From: an uncultured Verrucomicrobiae bacterium
GTDB lineage: Bacteria > Verrucomicrobiota > Verrucomicrobiia > Chthoniobacterales > UBA10450
Direction of reading: 5' to 3'
Length of the DNA: 64,000 nucleotides
NCBI GenBank assembly: GCA_963726745.1
Contig: CAVSDR010000005.1
Span: 32,001-96,000, forward strand
Shown: piece by piece, positions 39,966 to 50,852 of the stretch
How positions within the stretch are numbered: the stretch's first letter is position 1
Layout: each line of letters begins with the position of its first letter
Notes under the pieces: model-generated
Seen by the model: the letters and a program-made list of their open reading frames with translations, nothing else
Databases searched by the model: none
What the model was told of the DNA's origin: nothing
Translations under genes and position numbers: made by a program

Positions 39966-42278
39966 GTGAACGAAACGACGTCGCCGCCTTCATCCGCATC
40001 CGAAACCCAGAGGAGAGTCCTCGTCCTCGCGCCCGACGAGCACCTGGCCACGGCCATCGTGAATGCGCTGCGCGAAGCCGCACCCGGCGCCACGGTCGAC
40101 CTGGCGCACAGCCTGGAGGAAGCGCAGCAGTTGGTGGTGCACCAGCGCCCGAATCTCTTCGTGCTCGATGTGGATGCGACCTACGACCTCGGGCAGGAAT
40201 TCCTCTACGATTTGCGCACGAGCCATCCGAACGCGCGTGCCATCGTGTTGACGGCAGTGCATTTGGCGGCGCATCGCGAGCAGGCGGCCGGACTGGGCGC
40301 GATCCACTTTCTCGAGAAGCCGTTTCCGCATGGCGACTTCGTGACCTTGGTCGAGGCGTTGCTCCTCCCCGGCGCCGATGAAGACCAGCGCTTCCAGGGG
40401 AAGCTGAGCGATCTCCACATTGCCGACATCGTGCAGCTCAAGTGCATGAGCGGCGCGACCAGCGTGCTCGAATTCACCGGGCCGAAAGGCGAGAAGGCGC
40501 GGATCTTTTTCGATCACGGCCAGGTGCGGCACGCGATCGCGCCGGGGAAGGAAGGCGTTGATGCCTTCAACGAGATCGTGAACTGGAAGGGCGGGATGAT
40601 CTCGGAAGTCGCCGGCGCCGGCCAGAGCCCGCGCACGATTGATCTCGATTGGCAGGTGCTCCTGATGGAAGCAGTGCGCAAGATCGATGAAGACCGCGGC
40701 GCGAGCGCGGCAGCCACGGCCAACGCCGGCGCGCCTCCGGCGCAACGCAAAGTCCTGGTGATCGACGACAGCGTGATGCTGCTGAATTTCGTCAAAGAAA
40801 TCCTGGCCGAGGCGAATTACGACGTCGCCGCTGCAGCCACGGCCGAGGAAGGTCTGCGCGCCGCGGGGGAGAACGTGCCGGAGTTGATCCTGCTCGATTA
40901 CGTCCTGCCGGACATGCGCGGCGACGAAGTGCTCAGCCGCCTGGAAGGCGAAAGCGCGACTGCGAAAGTGCCGGTTGTTTATATGTCGGGATTCGGCGCC
41001 GATCTGCCGTCCGATCCGCGGCAGCACGCGAACGTGATCGGTTCCTTGAACAAGCCTTTTACCTCCGAGTTGCTCCTGAAAACGGTCGAGAGCCACATGC
41101 CCGCAGCGACGTCCGCGCCTGCGGCAGAGCCGGAAGCAGCACCGGTGGACGAAGCAGCGCCGGCTGCGAACGATTGGAACACCGGCAGCAACTGGCAACC
41201 GGAAGCGACGGCCGAACCGCCATCGGAATTCCAGCCCCAGCCCGAGCCTGAAGCGGAGCCCATGTCCGAACCGGTTTCCGAAACCACGACCGAGACGGAA
41301 AACATCGCCGCCAGTGCCGGAGGGGAAAGCAACGCGTGGTGGAACACGCCGTCGGCGGCACCGTCCTGGGCGCCGGCCGCGCCCGAAGTTTCTGCGGTGA
41401 GTTTCGAGCATCCGCCGGAAGAAACGCCTGCGCCTTTCGCGGCGGCGAGTCCAGCCAGCGAGATGGAAAATTTTGTCGAGGACGAGAGCGCGACCACGAG
41501 CGGCAACGCCTTCTTCTCCGGCGACACCAGTTTCTTCTCATTGAACTGGGCGCTGCACGCGATCGCCGATCAAAAATTAACCGGCACTTTGCGCGCCTTT
41601 TGGGACAAGGCGCCGGTGGAATTGCTGGCGCGCGACGGCCGCATCCTGCTCGTGACCACGCGCGACCCGGAGCTCTATTGCCCGGAAGCGCCGATCACCC
41701 TGGTGAATCTCGAGGAGGAAAAAACCGCCGAGGCCCGCGAGCAGCAACGCCAGACCGGGCGCCCGCTTTTCATCACCCTGGCGCAACAGGACCTGATCCT
41801 GCGCGAGCCGGCGATCCAACTGGTGCAGCATTACGGGCAAAAACTTTTCGCGCAGCTCTGGAGCGCGCCCCGGGCCCGCTTTGTCTTTGAGCAGAGCGAC
41901 GACCTGCCCGCTTACGTGAGCGAGGTGCCGGCGGAAGAGGACGTGGATCATTGGGCGCTGAGCACGCTCCGTTTTATCCAGCACAATGAACTGGGCCGGA
42001 AAGTGGACTACGATCCGGGCTCGATCCCGGCCTATACGAAGACCGGCTTCGAGCGCGTCCAGCGCCTGCGGCTGACGGTCGCGGAAGCGCAGTTCGCCTC
42101 GCAGTTCAACGGCGTCCGCTCGATCGCGCAGATCGCGAAAAATCTCCGGCTCGACCTGAAGTTTGCCCGCCTCACGCTCTTCCGTTTCCTCGCGCTCGAA
42201 ATCGTTGACTGCTGGCCGGCGACGGCGGGCGTGAAGCCGGAAAAGCGCGGTGTCTTCGGGCGACTTTTCGGCGAGTAG
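39966..42278 (+). CDS. Multi-domain response regulator: REC - DUF4388 (PatA-N) - REC - acidic Pro-rich linker - DUF4388-like
   Basis: LFVLDV...HFLEKPF; FQGKLSDLHIADIVQL...ARIFFDHGQVRHA; VLVIDDS...LILLDYVLPDM...LNKPF. Confidence 0.8.
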   Translation: MNETTSPPSSASETQRRVLVLAPDEHLATAIVNALREAAPGATVDLAHSLEEAQQLVVHQRPNLFVLDVDATYDLGQEFLYDLRTSHPNARAIVLTAVHLAAHREQAAGLGAIHFLEKPFPHGDFVTLVEALLLPGADEDQRFQGKLSDLHIADIVQLKCMSGATSVLEFTGPKGEKARIFFDHGQVRHAIAPGKEGVDAFNEIVNWKGGMISEVAGAGQSPRTIDLDWQVLLMEAVRKIDEDRGASAAATANAGAPPAQRKVLVIDDSVMLLNFVKEILAEANYDVAAAATAEEGLRAAGENVPELILLDYVLPDMRGDEVLSRLEGESATAKVPVVYMSGFGADLPSDPRQHANVIGSLNKPFTSELLLKTVESHMPAATSAPAAEPEAAPVDEAAPAANDWNTGSNWQPEATAEPPSEFQPQPEPEAEPMSEPVSETTTETENIAASAGGESNAWWNTPSAAPSWAPAAPEVSAVSFEHPPEETPAPFAAASPASEMENFVEDESATTSGNAFFSGDTSFFSLNWALHAIADQKLTGTLRAFWDKAPVELLARDGRILLVTTRDPELYCPEAPITLVNLEEEKTAEAREQQRQTGRPLFITLAQQDLILREPAIQLVQHYGQKLFAQLWSAPRARFVFEQSDDLPAYVSEVPAEEDVDHWALSTLRFIQHNELGRKVDYDPGSIPAYTKTGFERVQRLRLTVAEAQFASQFNGVRSIAQIAKNLRLDLKFARLTLFRFLALEIVDCWPATAGVKPEKRGVFGRLFGE

Positions 42279-42302
42279 TATCACCGGCCCTCTTGCCGCG
42301 CG

Positions 42303-44529
42303 ATGCCTTCCGAGCCGCAACCCACTTCTTCGTCGAACGAGCCGAGTAACATCGTGCCGTTGCCCGAAACCGGGGCGCGCGATCACTCCAGCGATTCGCT
42401 CCCGGAGAACTTCATCAATCGCGAGCTGAGCTGGCTTGAGTTCAATCGCCGCGTCCTCGAGGAAGCGCAGGACCCGACGCAGCCGCTGATCGAGCGGGTG
42501 AAATTTCTCACGATCGTGAGCTCAAACCTGGACGAGTTCTTCGAAATCCGGGTCGCCGGGATTAAGCAACAAATAGCCAGCGAGACGAGCGACGTAGGGC
42601 CCGATGGGATGACGCCCACGGAGACGTTCGAGGCAATCCAGCGCCGGGTGCACGAGATGGTCGCGGCGCAGTATTCCCTCTGGCGCGATGAGCTCCTGCC
42701 GGCGCTGGCGAAGAACGGCATCCGGGTGCACGACGTCGCGCAGTTAAACGCGAAACGCGCCGCCTGGGCGCGGCGTTACTTCCAGGAGGAAGTCTTTCCG
42801 ATGCTCACGCCGCTGGCGATCGACGCGAGCCATCCGTTCCCGCAGTTGCTCAACAAGAGCCACAACCTGCTCGTCCGCGCCCGCGCGCAAAAAGGGAGCC
42901 CGCCGCTCTTCGCGATCGTGCAGGTGCCGCGGGTGATCCCGCGCCTGATCCAGATGCCGCGCGGCAAAACCGGCGACGAGCCGTGGGACTACATCTACCT
43001 CGCGGCGCTGATTAAACATTTCATCGGCGACCTTTTCCCGGGCCTGCTGCTCGACGACGTGCACGCCTTTCGCGTGACCCGAAACAGCGACCTCTATATC
43101 GATGAGGAAGAAGCGGAGAACCTCCTCCGCTCGATCGAGCAGGAACTGCGACGCTCGAGCCGCGGCGATGCCGTGCGCCTGGAAGTGGAAGCGGATTGCC
43201 CGCGCGAAGTGCGCGAGCAGTTGCTCCGCTTTTTCAAGCTGACCGAAGCCGATCTTTACCGGCTCGATGGCCCGCTGAGCATGGGCCACTTGATGCCGCT
43301 GGTGACGAACGACGCTTTCGCCAAGTGGAAGGACCGCGTCTTCCAGCCGACACGCGACCCGGCGCTCCCGCCGCATGCGAACGTTTTCGAGGTCATGCGG
43401 AAGCAGGACGTCCTCCTGCATCATCCGTATGAAAGCTTCGACCAGATCGTGGAGTTGATCGAGACTGCGGCGCAGGACCCGCAGGTGCTCGCGCTCAAGA
43501 TCACGCTTTACCGCACGAGCGGCGATTCGCCCATCGTGGAAGCGTTGATCCAGGCCGCGAGCGAAGGGAAGCAAGTGACCGCGCTTGGTGGAATTGCGCG
43601 CGCGCTTCGACGAGGCGGCGAACATCCAGTGGGCCCGCCGGCTCGAGGAAGCCGGCGCGCACGTGGTCTACGGCGTGGTCGGCTTGAAGACGCACTGCAA
43701 GGCGCTCCTGATCGTGCGCCGCGACAGCGATCGCCTGCGGCATTACGTCCACCTCGGCACCGGGAATTACCACCCGAAAACGGCGCGCGTTTACACCGAT
43801 TTCAGCCTGCTCACGACCAATCCGAAATTGACCGAGGAGATCGCGATCGTCTTCAACACCCTCACCGGTCTCGCGAGCTATCCGGGCCTCGAAAAACTCC
43901 TGGTCGCCCCGTTCGATCTCCAGCGCCGCGTGCTCGGGATGATCGAGCGCGAACGCGACCACGCGCTCGCCGGCAAAGGCGGCCGGATGATCGTGAAACT
44001 GAACTCGCTGGTGGACCAGGAGGCGATCGAAAAACTCTACGAAGCCTCCCGCGCCGGGGTGAAGATCGACCTGATCGTGCGCGGCATCTGCTGCCTGCGG
44101 CCGGGCGTTCCGGGGCTCAGCGAAAACATCCGCGTGGTCAGCATCGTCGGCCGTTTTCTGGAGCACAGCCGGATCTACTATTTCGAGAATGCCGGTGAAC
44201 CGGTCGTCTATCTGGCCAGCGCCGATTGGATGCCGCGGAATTTCCAGCGCCGGGTCGAGATCGCGTTCCCGATCGAGGACCAGACGCTGCGCGAAGAGTT
44301 GATCGAGGAAGTGCTGCCGGCCTTCGTCAATGATTGCGTGAAAGCGCGCGAGCTCCAGGCGAACGGGACTTACCGGCGGGTGCACGAAATCGAAGGCCAG
44401 CCACGGCGGCAGGCGCAGCTTTATTTCCGCGAGCGCTCGCGCAAGCAAGCCCGCACCGCGGCCGAGGCGCAGAAGGCGCGCGCGGTCAAACTCACCCCCA
44501 TCACCACTCCGAAGAAGGATCGTCCGTGA
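42303..44529 (+). CDS. ppk1: Polyphosphate kinase 1 (frameshift near 43585)
   Basis: NRELSWLEFNRRVL, SNLDEFFEIRVAG, HHPYESF, TLYRTS, VELRARFDE, LKTHCK, HLGTGNY, GRFLEHSRI. Confidence 0.95.
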
Positions 44530-45215
44530 AGCAAATCCTCGTGATCGATATCGGCGGCACCAGCGTGAAGCTGATGATGTCGCGCGACGACAAACGCAAG
44601 TTCGCCTCCGGCCCGGAGATGACTCCGCGCGATTTCGTCCGGCAGGTGAAGAAGGCTGCGGAAGGCTGGGAGTTTGACGCCGTCTCCATCGGCTTCCCTT
44701 CGCCCGTGCAAAACGGCTTCATCAAAAACGACCCGAAGCATCTCGGGAAAGGCTGGATGGATTTCAATTTCAGCGAAGCCCTCGGCAAGCCGCTGCGCGT
44801 GGTCAACGACGCCGCGATGCAGGCGCTCGGGAGTTATCACGAAGGGCGGATGCTTTTCCTCGGCCTCGGCACCGGCCTCGGCTCCGCGCTCCTCTGGGAG
44901 CGCAACCTCCTCGCGCTCGAGCTCGGCGATCTCCCGTATCCGGGCACGAAACGGATCGAGGAAGTCGTCGGCAAAGACGGCTTCGAGCGGCTTGGAAAAA
45001 AAGCCTGGCAAGCCGAGACGCTGAAAATCCTGCGCGCGCTCAAGAAAGCGCTCATCGCCGATTACGTGGTCGTCGGCGGCGGCAACTCGAAGCAGCTCTC
45101 GGAATTACCCGAAGGCTTCGAGCTCGGCCACAACCGCAACGCCTACCTCGGCGGCACCCGCCTTTGGCAAGTCGACCCGAAGAGCAAGCAGCCGCATTGG
45201 CACGTCATCTCGTAG
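44526..45215 (+). CDS. ROK family kinase (polyphosphate glucokinase-like)
   Basis: GTG overlaps the ppk1 stop; IDIGGT, VNDAAMQALG, LGLGTGLGSA, VGGGN. Confidence 0.85.
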   Translation: MKQILVIDIGGTSVKLMMSRDDKRKFASGPEMTPRDFVRQVKKAAEGWEFDAVSIGFPSPVQNGFIKNDPKHLGKGWMDFNFSEALGKPLRVVNDAAMQALGSYHEGRMLFLGLGTGLGSALLWERNLLALELGDLPYPGTKRIEEVVGKDGFERLGKKAWQAETLKILRALKKALIADYVVVGGGNSKQLSELPEGFELGHNRNAYLGGTRLWQVDPKSKQPHWHVIS

Positions 45216-46107
45216 CGGCGCCCAAGCGCTCCCGCACCAGCGCCGCGCCCCGGGCCGAAACCCCGCGCACGATCGTCACTTTCCGCCCGCGCCCGCTGCG
45301 TAGTCGCCCAGCCGCGTCCACTTCCGCTCGTCCCTCCATGGCGGCGGCAAACTCCGGCCGCGCCGCGCGCAGCACCACCGCGGCGTCGAAGATCGGCCCG
45401 CCGCTTTCGCCCACGTAGCGCGTCCAAAACCAGAGCCAGACCCGGCTGCGCCGCGCGAGAAATTGCCCCGCCGGTCACCGGCGCGCCGCAGCGCCGCCAG
45501 GTCCGGCGCGCGCAGCTGCAGCTCGGCCGCGGCGCGGATCGGCACCAGCGTCATCGGAATCCCGCTGCGCAGGACTGCGCGCACCGCCGCGGGATCCTTG
45601 AAGACGTTCGCATCGTGAATGCGCAACCGGTCGTTAGGCCCGAAGCGGAGCGCGTTCGGTGCGTCCTCGCCGCCGAGGAAAATCACCCGCTCAATCCGGC
45701 GCGCTAGCGCGGGCTCGCGCTTGAGCAGCGCGGCCAGATTCGTCAGCGGCCCAAGCGCCAGGTAGGTCAGCCGCTCGCTCGCCAAAGTGCTGGCTAATTT
45801 CGCCGCCGCCGGGGTGGCCGTCGCATCGCCTGCTCCCTGTGCGCCGCGAAAAACTTCGCCTTTTCCGAACAGCCCCACGAGTTCTTGCGCAACTGCGGTC
45901 GTGCGCGCCACCCCGGCGTTTCCGTAAGTGCTGCTGATCCCGACGATCCGCAGTTCCGGCGAACGGAAGGCGAGCGCGAGGGCGTAGGCATCGTCGACCT
46001 CGCGCCAGGGCGCGCCGATTGCCGGATCGGTATCGATCCAGACTGCGGTGCGGCCCAAGGCGCAGCCGGCCAGCAGCAGCGAAAGGAGGAAGCGCGCGCC
46101 CGATCAT
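45205..46107 (-). CDS. Nucleoside hydrolase (IU-NH family), possibly a lipoprotein; frameshifts near 46080 and 45470
   Basis: VWIDTDP...DDAYAL, STYGN, LGPLTNLA, DANVFKDP; the corrected N-terminus reads LLLAGC. Confidence 0.78.
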
Positions 46108-47961
46108 TCCGGCGGTTTCGCCGTGCCACTGGTCCAGGCGGGATCGGGCGCGCTCGCGAAGACTTCGCGGTCGGATTGCAGGGCGTTCTGGAGATTCTCC
46201 ATGTGCTGGCGCGCGATCGAGACGTAGACCTCGTCATCCGCGTCGCTCTCGAGGTCGGCCATGGCGCGGACGGAAGTTTCGTCGTGCTCGCGGAAGAGAT
46301 GGGCCGCGCGGTAGGCCCGTTTGCCGCGCACGCCGAGCGCACGCGGAGCGCATCGATGCTCAGGTCGAGCGCGCTGCCGAAAGTTTCGCGGTGCACTTGC
46401 TTCACGCCCCGGCGCAGAAGCTCATAGGCATGTTGCCGGCTCAGCGCCCGCGCCAGAATCTGCAAATGCGGGAAGTGCTCGTGCAAGAGATCGACCAGCA
46501 CGAGCGACCGCTCTTCGTCGTCGATCGCGATGATGAAAAGGCGCGCGCGCTCGGCTCCGGCGGTGCGCAGGAGGTCGAGCCGGGTGGCGTCGCCGTAGAA
46601 CGAAGACATGCCGAAGCGGCGGAGCAGTTCCACCTGCTCCTGGTCGTAATCGAGCACGGTCAGGCGAAAGCCATTCGCGCGCAGCAAGCGGCCGACGATG
46701 TGCCCGAAGCGGCCGAAGCCGGCGAGGATCACGGGATTGTCGTGCTCGGTAATTTCATCCGCGGCGCGCTCCGGAACGCGCGGGGTGAAGAGCGGCTGCA
46801 CGAGGCGTTCGTTTGCAGTCAGGAGGAAGGGCGCGGCCGCCATGCTCATGGCGATGGAGGCGATCAGGAGGTTGGCTAATTCCGCGGGCAGGACGCCGTT
46901 TTGCGTCGCGAACGAGCAGAGGACGAAGGCAAACTCGCCGCCCTGCGCGAGGGCGAAGGCGAGCAGGAGCGCCTGCCCATTTTCGAGGCGGAAGGAGCGG
47001 CCGAGCGCGAAGAGGACGACAAATTTAAGCAGCAAGATGGCGGCGACGAAGCCGGCGATCGTGCCCGGTTCGCGGCCGATGAGGGCGAAGTCGATGCTCG
47101 CGCCCACGGAGATAAAAAAGAGGCCCAGGAGCAGGCCCTTGAACGGCTCGAGATCGGTCTCGAGCTGCGTGCGGTATTCACTTTCCGCGAGGACCACGCC
47201 GGCGAGGAAAGTCCCGAGCGCGGGCGAGAGACCCACGCGTTGCATGAGCAGGGCGATGCCGACCACGAGCAGGAGGGCGGTGGCGGTGAACATCTCGCGC
47301 AGGCGCGTCGCCGCGATGTAACGCAGGAGCGGCCGGAGCAGGAAACGCCCCGAGACGATCACCGCCGCGACCGCCGCGAGCACGATCAAGCCGCGCGCCC
47401 AGGGCGGCAAGCCCGCCTAACGAGTGGTCGTGCAGGGCGTCGCCCGCGCGCGGCAAAGTCGCGAGCAGCGGAAGGAGCGCGAGGATCGGGATGACCGCGA
47501 TGTCCTGGAAGAGAAGAATGGAAAAGGAAGCGTGCCCGCCGCTGGTGCGGAGGAGGTTCTTCTCGTTGAGCGACTGGAGCACGATCGCGGTTGAGGACAT
47601 CGCCGCGATGAGCCCGACGGTAAGCGCGACCTGCCAGCGCATCCCGAAGACGAGCGCGCTCGCCCCCACGACCAGCGGCCGTGGCCACGACCTGCCCGCC
47701 GCCGAGCCCGAGGATTTCGCCGCGCGATTGCCAGAGCAACGCGGGCCGCAACTCCAGGCCGATGAGGAAAAGCATCATGACCACGCCGAACTCGGCGAAG
47801 TGCATCACCCCGCCGGCCTGGCCCACGAGCCGGAGCGCATACGGCCCGATGACCACGCCGGCGATGAGATATCCGAGGACGGAGCCGAGGCCGAGGCGCT
47901 TAGCCAGCGGGACGGCGATGACCGCGGCGAGCAGATAAATGAAGGCTTCGAAAAAGCTCAT
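46104..47961 (-). CDS. kefC: Glutathione-regulated K+ efflux CPA2 antiporter KefB/KefC (three frameshifts)
   Basis: [51 protein letters not shown] domain AGFGRFG, YGDATR. Confidence 0.85.
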
Positions 47962-47974
47962 GGGGTCGCGGAAT

Positions 47975-48554
47975 TCAAGATGGGCGCGCCCGCGCGCGCT
48001 CGGTGAGATCGAAGGTGCCATCGCGCAGGGCCGCGAGCGTCCGCGCATACTCCTCCGCGTGCGCCTCGATCTGCGCGTCGCTCATTTCAAAGGCGCCGGG
48101 AATCACGAACGGCGGGAGGTATTCCATCCCGCAAAAGCGCGCCGTCTGCTCGAGCGGCGCGAGGAATTCCCGCACGGTGAAGTGATTGAGCGCGCCGCGA
48201 CCGTAGCTCTCGGCCCCGCCGCCGGTGCTGATGACCGAGAGCATTTGCTTGCCCTGGAGAGCGACGCCGTCCGTGCCGTAGGCAAAGCCATGCTCGAGCA
48301 CGAGGTCCTGCCATTCCTTCAGAATCGCGGGCGTGCTGTACCAGTAAAACGGATGCTGCAGCACGATCAGGTCATGCGCCCGCAGAAGCTGCTGCTCGCG
48401 CGCGACATCGATGTATTGCTCCGGGTAGGCCTCGTAGAGATCGTGCCGCGTGATCCCGTCGCCTAACGAGTCCAGACGCGCGAGCAGCGCGCCGGTGCAC
48501 GCGCGATTTCTCGAGCGCGGGATGGGCAAAGAGAATGAGCAGGCGCGCCGGCAT
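47975..48554 (-). CDS. KefF/KefG ancillary NAD(P)H oxidoreductase (frameshift near 48495)
   Basis: [44 protein letters not shown]; directly upstream of kef. Confidence 0.85.
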
Positions 48555-48592
48555 CGGGCGTTTATTCTGCCGTGCCGGGCGCGCGCCGACAA

Positions 48593-50830
48593 CTACGGCG
48601 GCGAGCCGGCGTGCGCGCGGACGATCACGGTGTCGCCGCCGTTGATCGTGCCGTCTAAATTGACGTCGCTGCGGAAGTTGTCGGCATCGGCCAGGCTCCC
48701 GGAGCGGTCGCGCGTTTCCACGGTATCGCCGCTGTTCACCGCGCCGTCGCCGTTGGTATCGCCGAGGAGAAGATTGACCGGCAAGGCGATGCTGGCGGCG
48801 GTGTTGCCCTGGTTATCCTGCACGCCGCTGAGCGTGAGGGTGATCACTTGCGCGGTCGCGCTGCAGCCGGTCACGGTCACATTGTAGTTGAAGGCATCGC
48901 TGCCATTGATCGCGCCCGTGGCTGTGCCGCAACTCGAAGTCACGCCCGTCACGGCGGTAAGTGGATTGCTGAAGGTGAGCGCAAACTGGTGCGTCCCGGC
49001 GGGCTGCGCCGCGCGGCATTCCACGCCGGGCGTGCCGGTGGTAGGAAGATTGACGTTGAACGCGCCCTGCGGGCCATGGGTCTTCCGCGAGACCGCATTC
49101 GCCAGGATCAACGGCGGCACCGTCGGCGCGCAGGTGGGAAACTTGAAACTGCCGATGCGCGTCTGCCAATTCATCGAGGGCGCATACGGCGGGGCCGGGA
49201 TGGTGGTGTCGTAATATTCCTGCGTGTACCAGAAGGTGCAGTCGTCCGTCGGATCGACTGACATCGAGCTATAATCGCCCCAGCGATTGAAGCCGCCGGT
49301 CTGCGAGAGGCCGCCTTCGACGAAGGAACTCTCGGTTTGCGGGAGCTGGTTGGCCGGGTCAGCCGCGAGCCGGCCGGAGTAACGGACCGCGGGGAACATG
49401 GCGGCGCTCGAGACGCTGTAGCCCATGGCCATGTTGCCGGCGCGATCGACCGCGAGGCTGCCCATCCAACGGTAATTCGTGTCCGGCGAGTAGGTGCTCT
49501 GCTGCACCGGTGCGGTGCGGATGGTGCCGCCGGTGACGTTGAGCTGATACCACCGAAGCGCGGTCTGCGGGCCGCTTGCGGGCGCGATCACGGTGTGGAG
49601 ATTCCAAAGCGACTCCACCCCATTGAGGTTGCGGTATTGGTTCTGCATCATCAAGCGGTCGCCTAACGAGTCCAGCGGTTCGCCCCCGAGCTGCGGCACG
49701 TAGGGCGCGAGGTAGGGCGCCTCGCGATACTGCTGCACGCTCACGTTTGTAGCCGGGCTAAAGCTGGCCGTCATCGTGGCCCAGTCGGTGATGGTGAACT
49801 TGTGCACCTTGAGCGTGTTCCCGGTGAACTGCGGGAAGTTTTCCTGATACCAGATGAAGTAATTTGGCGTGCCCGGCGGCGGCGGGGTGCCGCGAAAATT
49901 GCTCGGGATCATGGCAAAGCTGTTCCCATCCGCATTATTGAACATGATCTGGCGCACCGGGCCGCCGCTCTCCATGTCCTCGCGGTTAAAGGCCCAGGCG
50001 CGCGTGCCGGTGTAGCTCCCGCCGGCGTCGAAGAGATTGGCTGACATGTAGATTCCATCCGGCCAAACGCCGATGCGCGGGTAATCCGGGAAGCTCGTCT
50101 GATCGGTCAGGATCGCGTAGAGCCACCAGCCGCCGCTGATCGGGTCGGATGTTTTCGAGACCGCGAAGCATTGATAGTAGGGGCCCACGGGGTTGTTTGA
50201 GCTGTCGGTATCGAAGGCAAAATCGCTGATGATGTAACGGCCACCGATGGGGTCATAGTTCACGTTCGGGTCGCCGGCGTTGAGGTTGTCGCAAGGGGTG
50301 CCGGTGCCATCGAAGAAGGTGTCGAAGGTAAACGCGGCCAGGCGCGTGCCGGTCTTATTGTAGATCCCGATCGAGGTGTTCACTGCCTGGATGTAATGGT
50401 TCGGGCCGACGTCGCCGGTGGTGTCGGGTGGCCAGCCGGCGCCCCAGCCATCGAAGTCGAGGCCCTTGAAACTCGCGCTCGGCGTCGGCGCCGGCGCGGC
50501 CGGGAGCGGCGGCTGCAGGGCGCGATCGGGAGCGATGATCTGCTCCACTTTCGGCGCGATCTTGTGGCGCGTCCGTTCCTCGAAAACGCGTTTCGTGGCC
50601 GGGCCGGTTTGCGGGAGGTCACGCAAGTCGCCGTCAAAAGAGACCGCCGCCTTCGAAATGGCGGTCGCGGACGCGGGCGTGGCCTTGCCCGGGGGGCGCG
50701 CGGGCTCCTTGGATTGCCCGAAGCTGAGAACGGCGAAGACCAGCGCGCAGCCGGCGAGGGTGAGCGCGATCGAGAGTCGGAGCCGCGAAAAGCCAGACTC
50801 GTTAGGGGAATTTTTCTTGATGGAGTTCAT
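48593..50830 (-). CDS. Large secreted protein with C-terminal SRKTHG + dockerin-like module
   Basis: Signal-like N-terminus; core PPDTTGDVGPNHY, DYPRIGVW, RWMGS, RWGDYS; VSRKTHG; GDTNGDGAVNSGD / SDVNLDGTINGGD. Confidence 0.8.
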   Translation of the reverse strand: MNSIKKNSPNESGFSRLRLSIALTLAGCALVFAVLSFGQSKEPARPPGKATPASATAISKAAVSFDGDLRDLPQTGPATKRVFEERTRHKIAPKVEQIIAPDRALQPPLPAAPAPTPSASFKGLDFDGWGAGWPPDTTGDVGPNHYIQAVNTSIGIYNKTGTRLAAFTFDTFFDGTGTPCDNLNAGDPNVNYDPIGGRYIISDFAFDTDSSNNPVGPYYQCFAVSKTSDPISGGWWLYAILTDQTSFPDYPRIGVWPDGIYMSANLFDAGGSYTGTRAWAFNREDMESGGPVRQIMFNNADGNSFAMIPSNFRGTPPPPGTPNYFIWYQENFPQFTGNTLKVHKFTITDWATMTASFSPATNVSVQQYREAPYLAPYVPQLGGEPLDSLGDRLMMQNQYRNLNGVESLWNLHTVIAPASGPQTALRWYQLNVTGGTIRTAPVQQSTYSPDTNYRWMGSLAVDRAGNMAMGYSVSSAAMFPAVRYSGRLAADPANQLPQTESSFVEGGLSQTGGFNRWGDYSSMSVDPTDDCTFWYTQEYYDTTIPAPPYAPSMNWQTRIGSFKFPTCAPTVPPLILANAVSRKTHGPQGAFNVNLPTTGTPGVECRAAQPAGTHQFALTFSNPLTAVTGVTSSCGTATGAINGSDAFNYNVTVTGCSATAQVITLTLSGVQDNQGNTAASIALPVNLLLGDTNGDGAVNSGDTVETRDRSGSLADADNFRSDVNLDGTINGGDTVIVRAHAGSPP

Positions 50831-50852
50831 GGGGTCGTGGGGTGGTGCGGGG

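Noticed and set aside
41090..41510. Pro/Glu/Ala-rich stretch in the response regulator as a tandem repeat
   Set aside because: It is a low-complexity linker without a regular nucleotide repeat unit.
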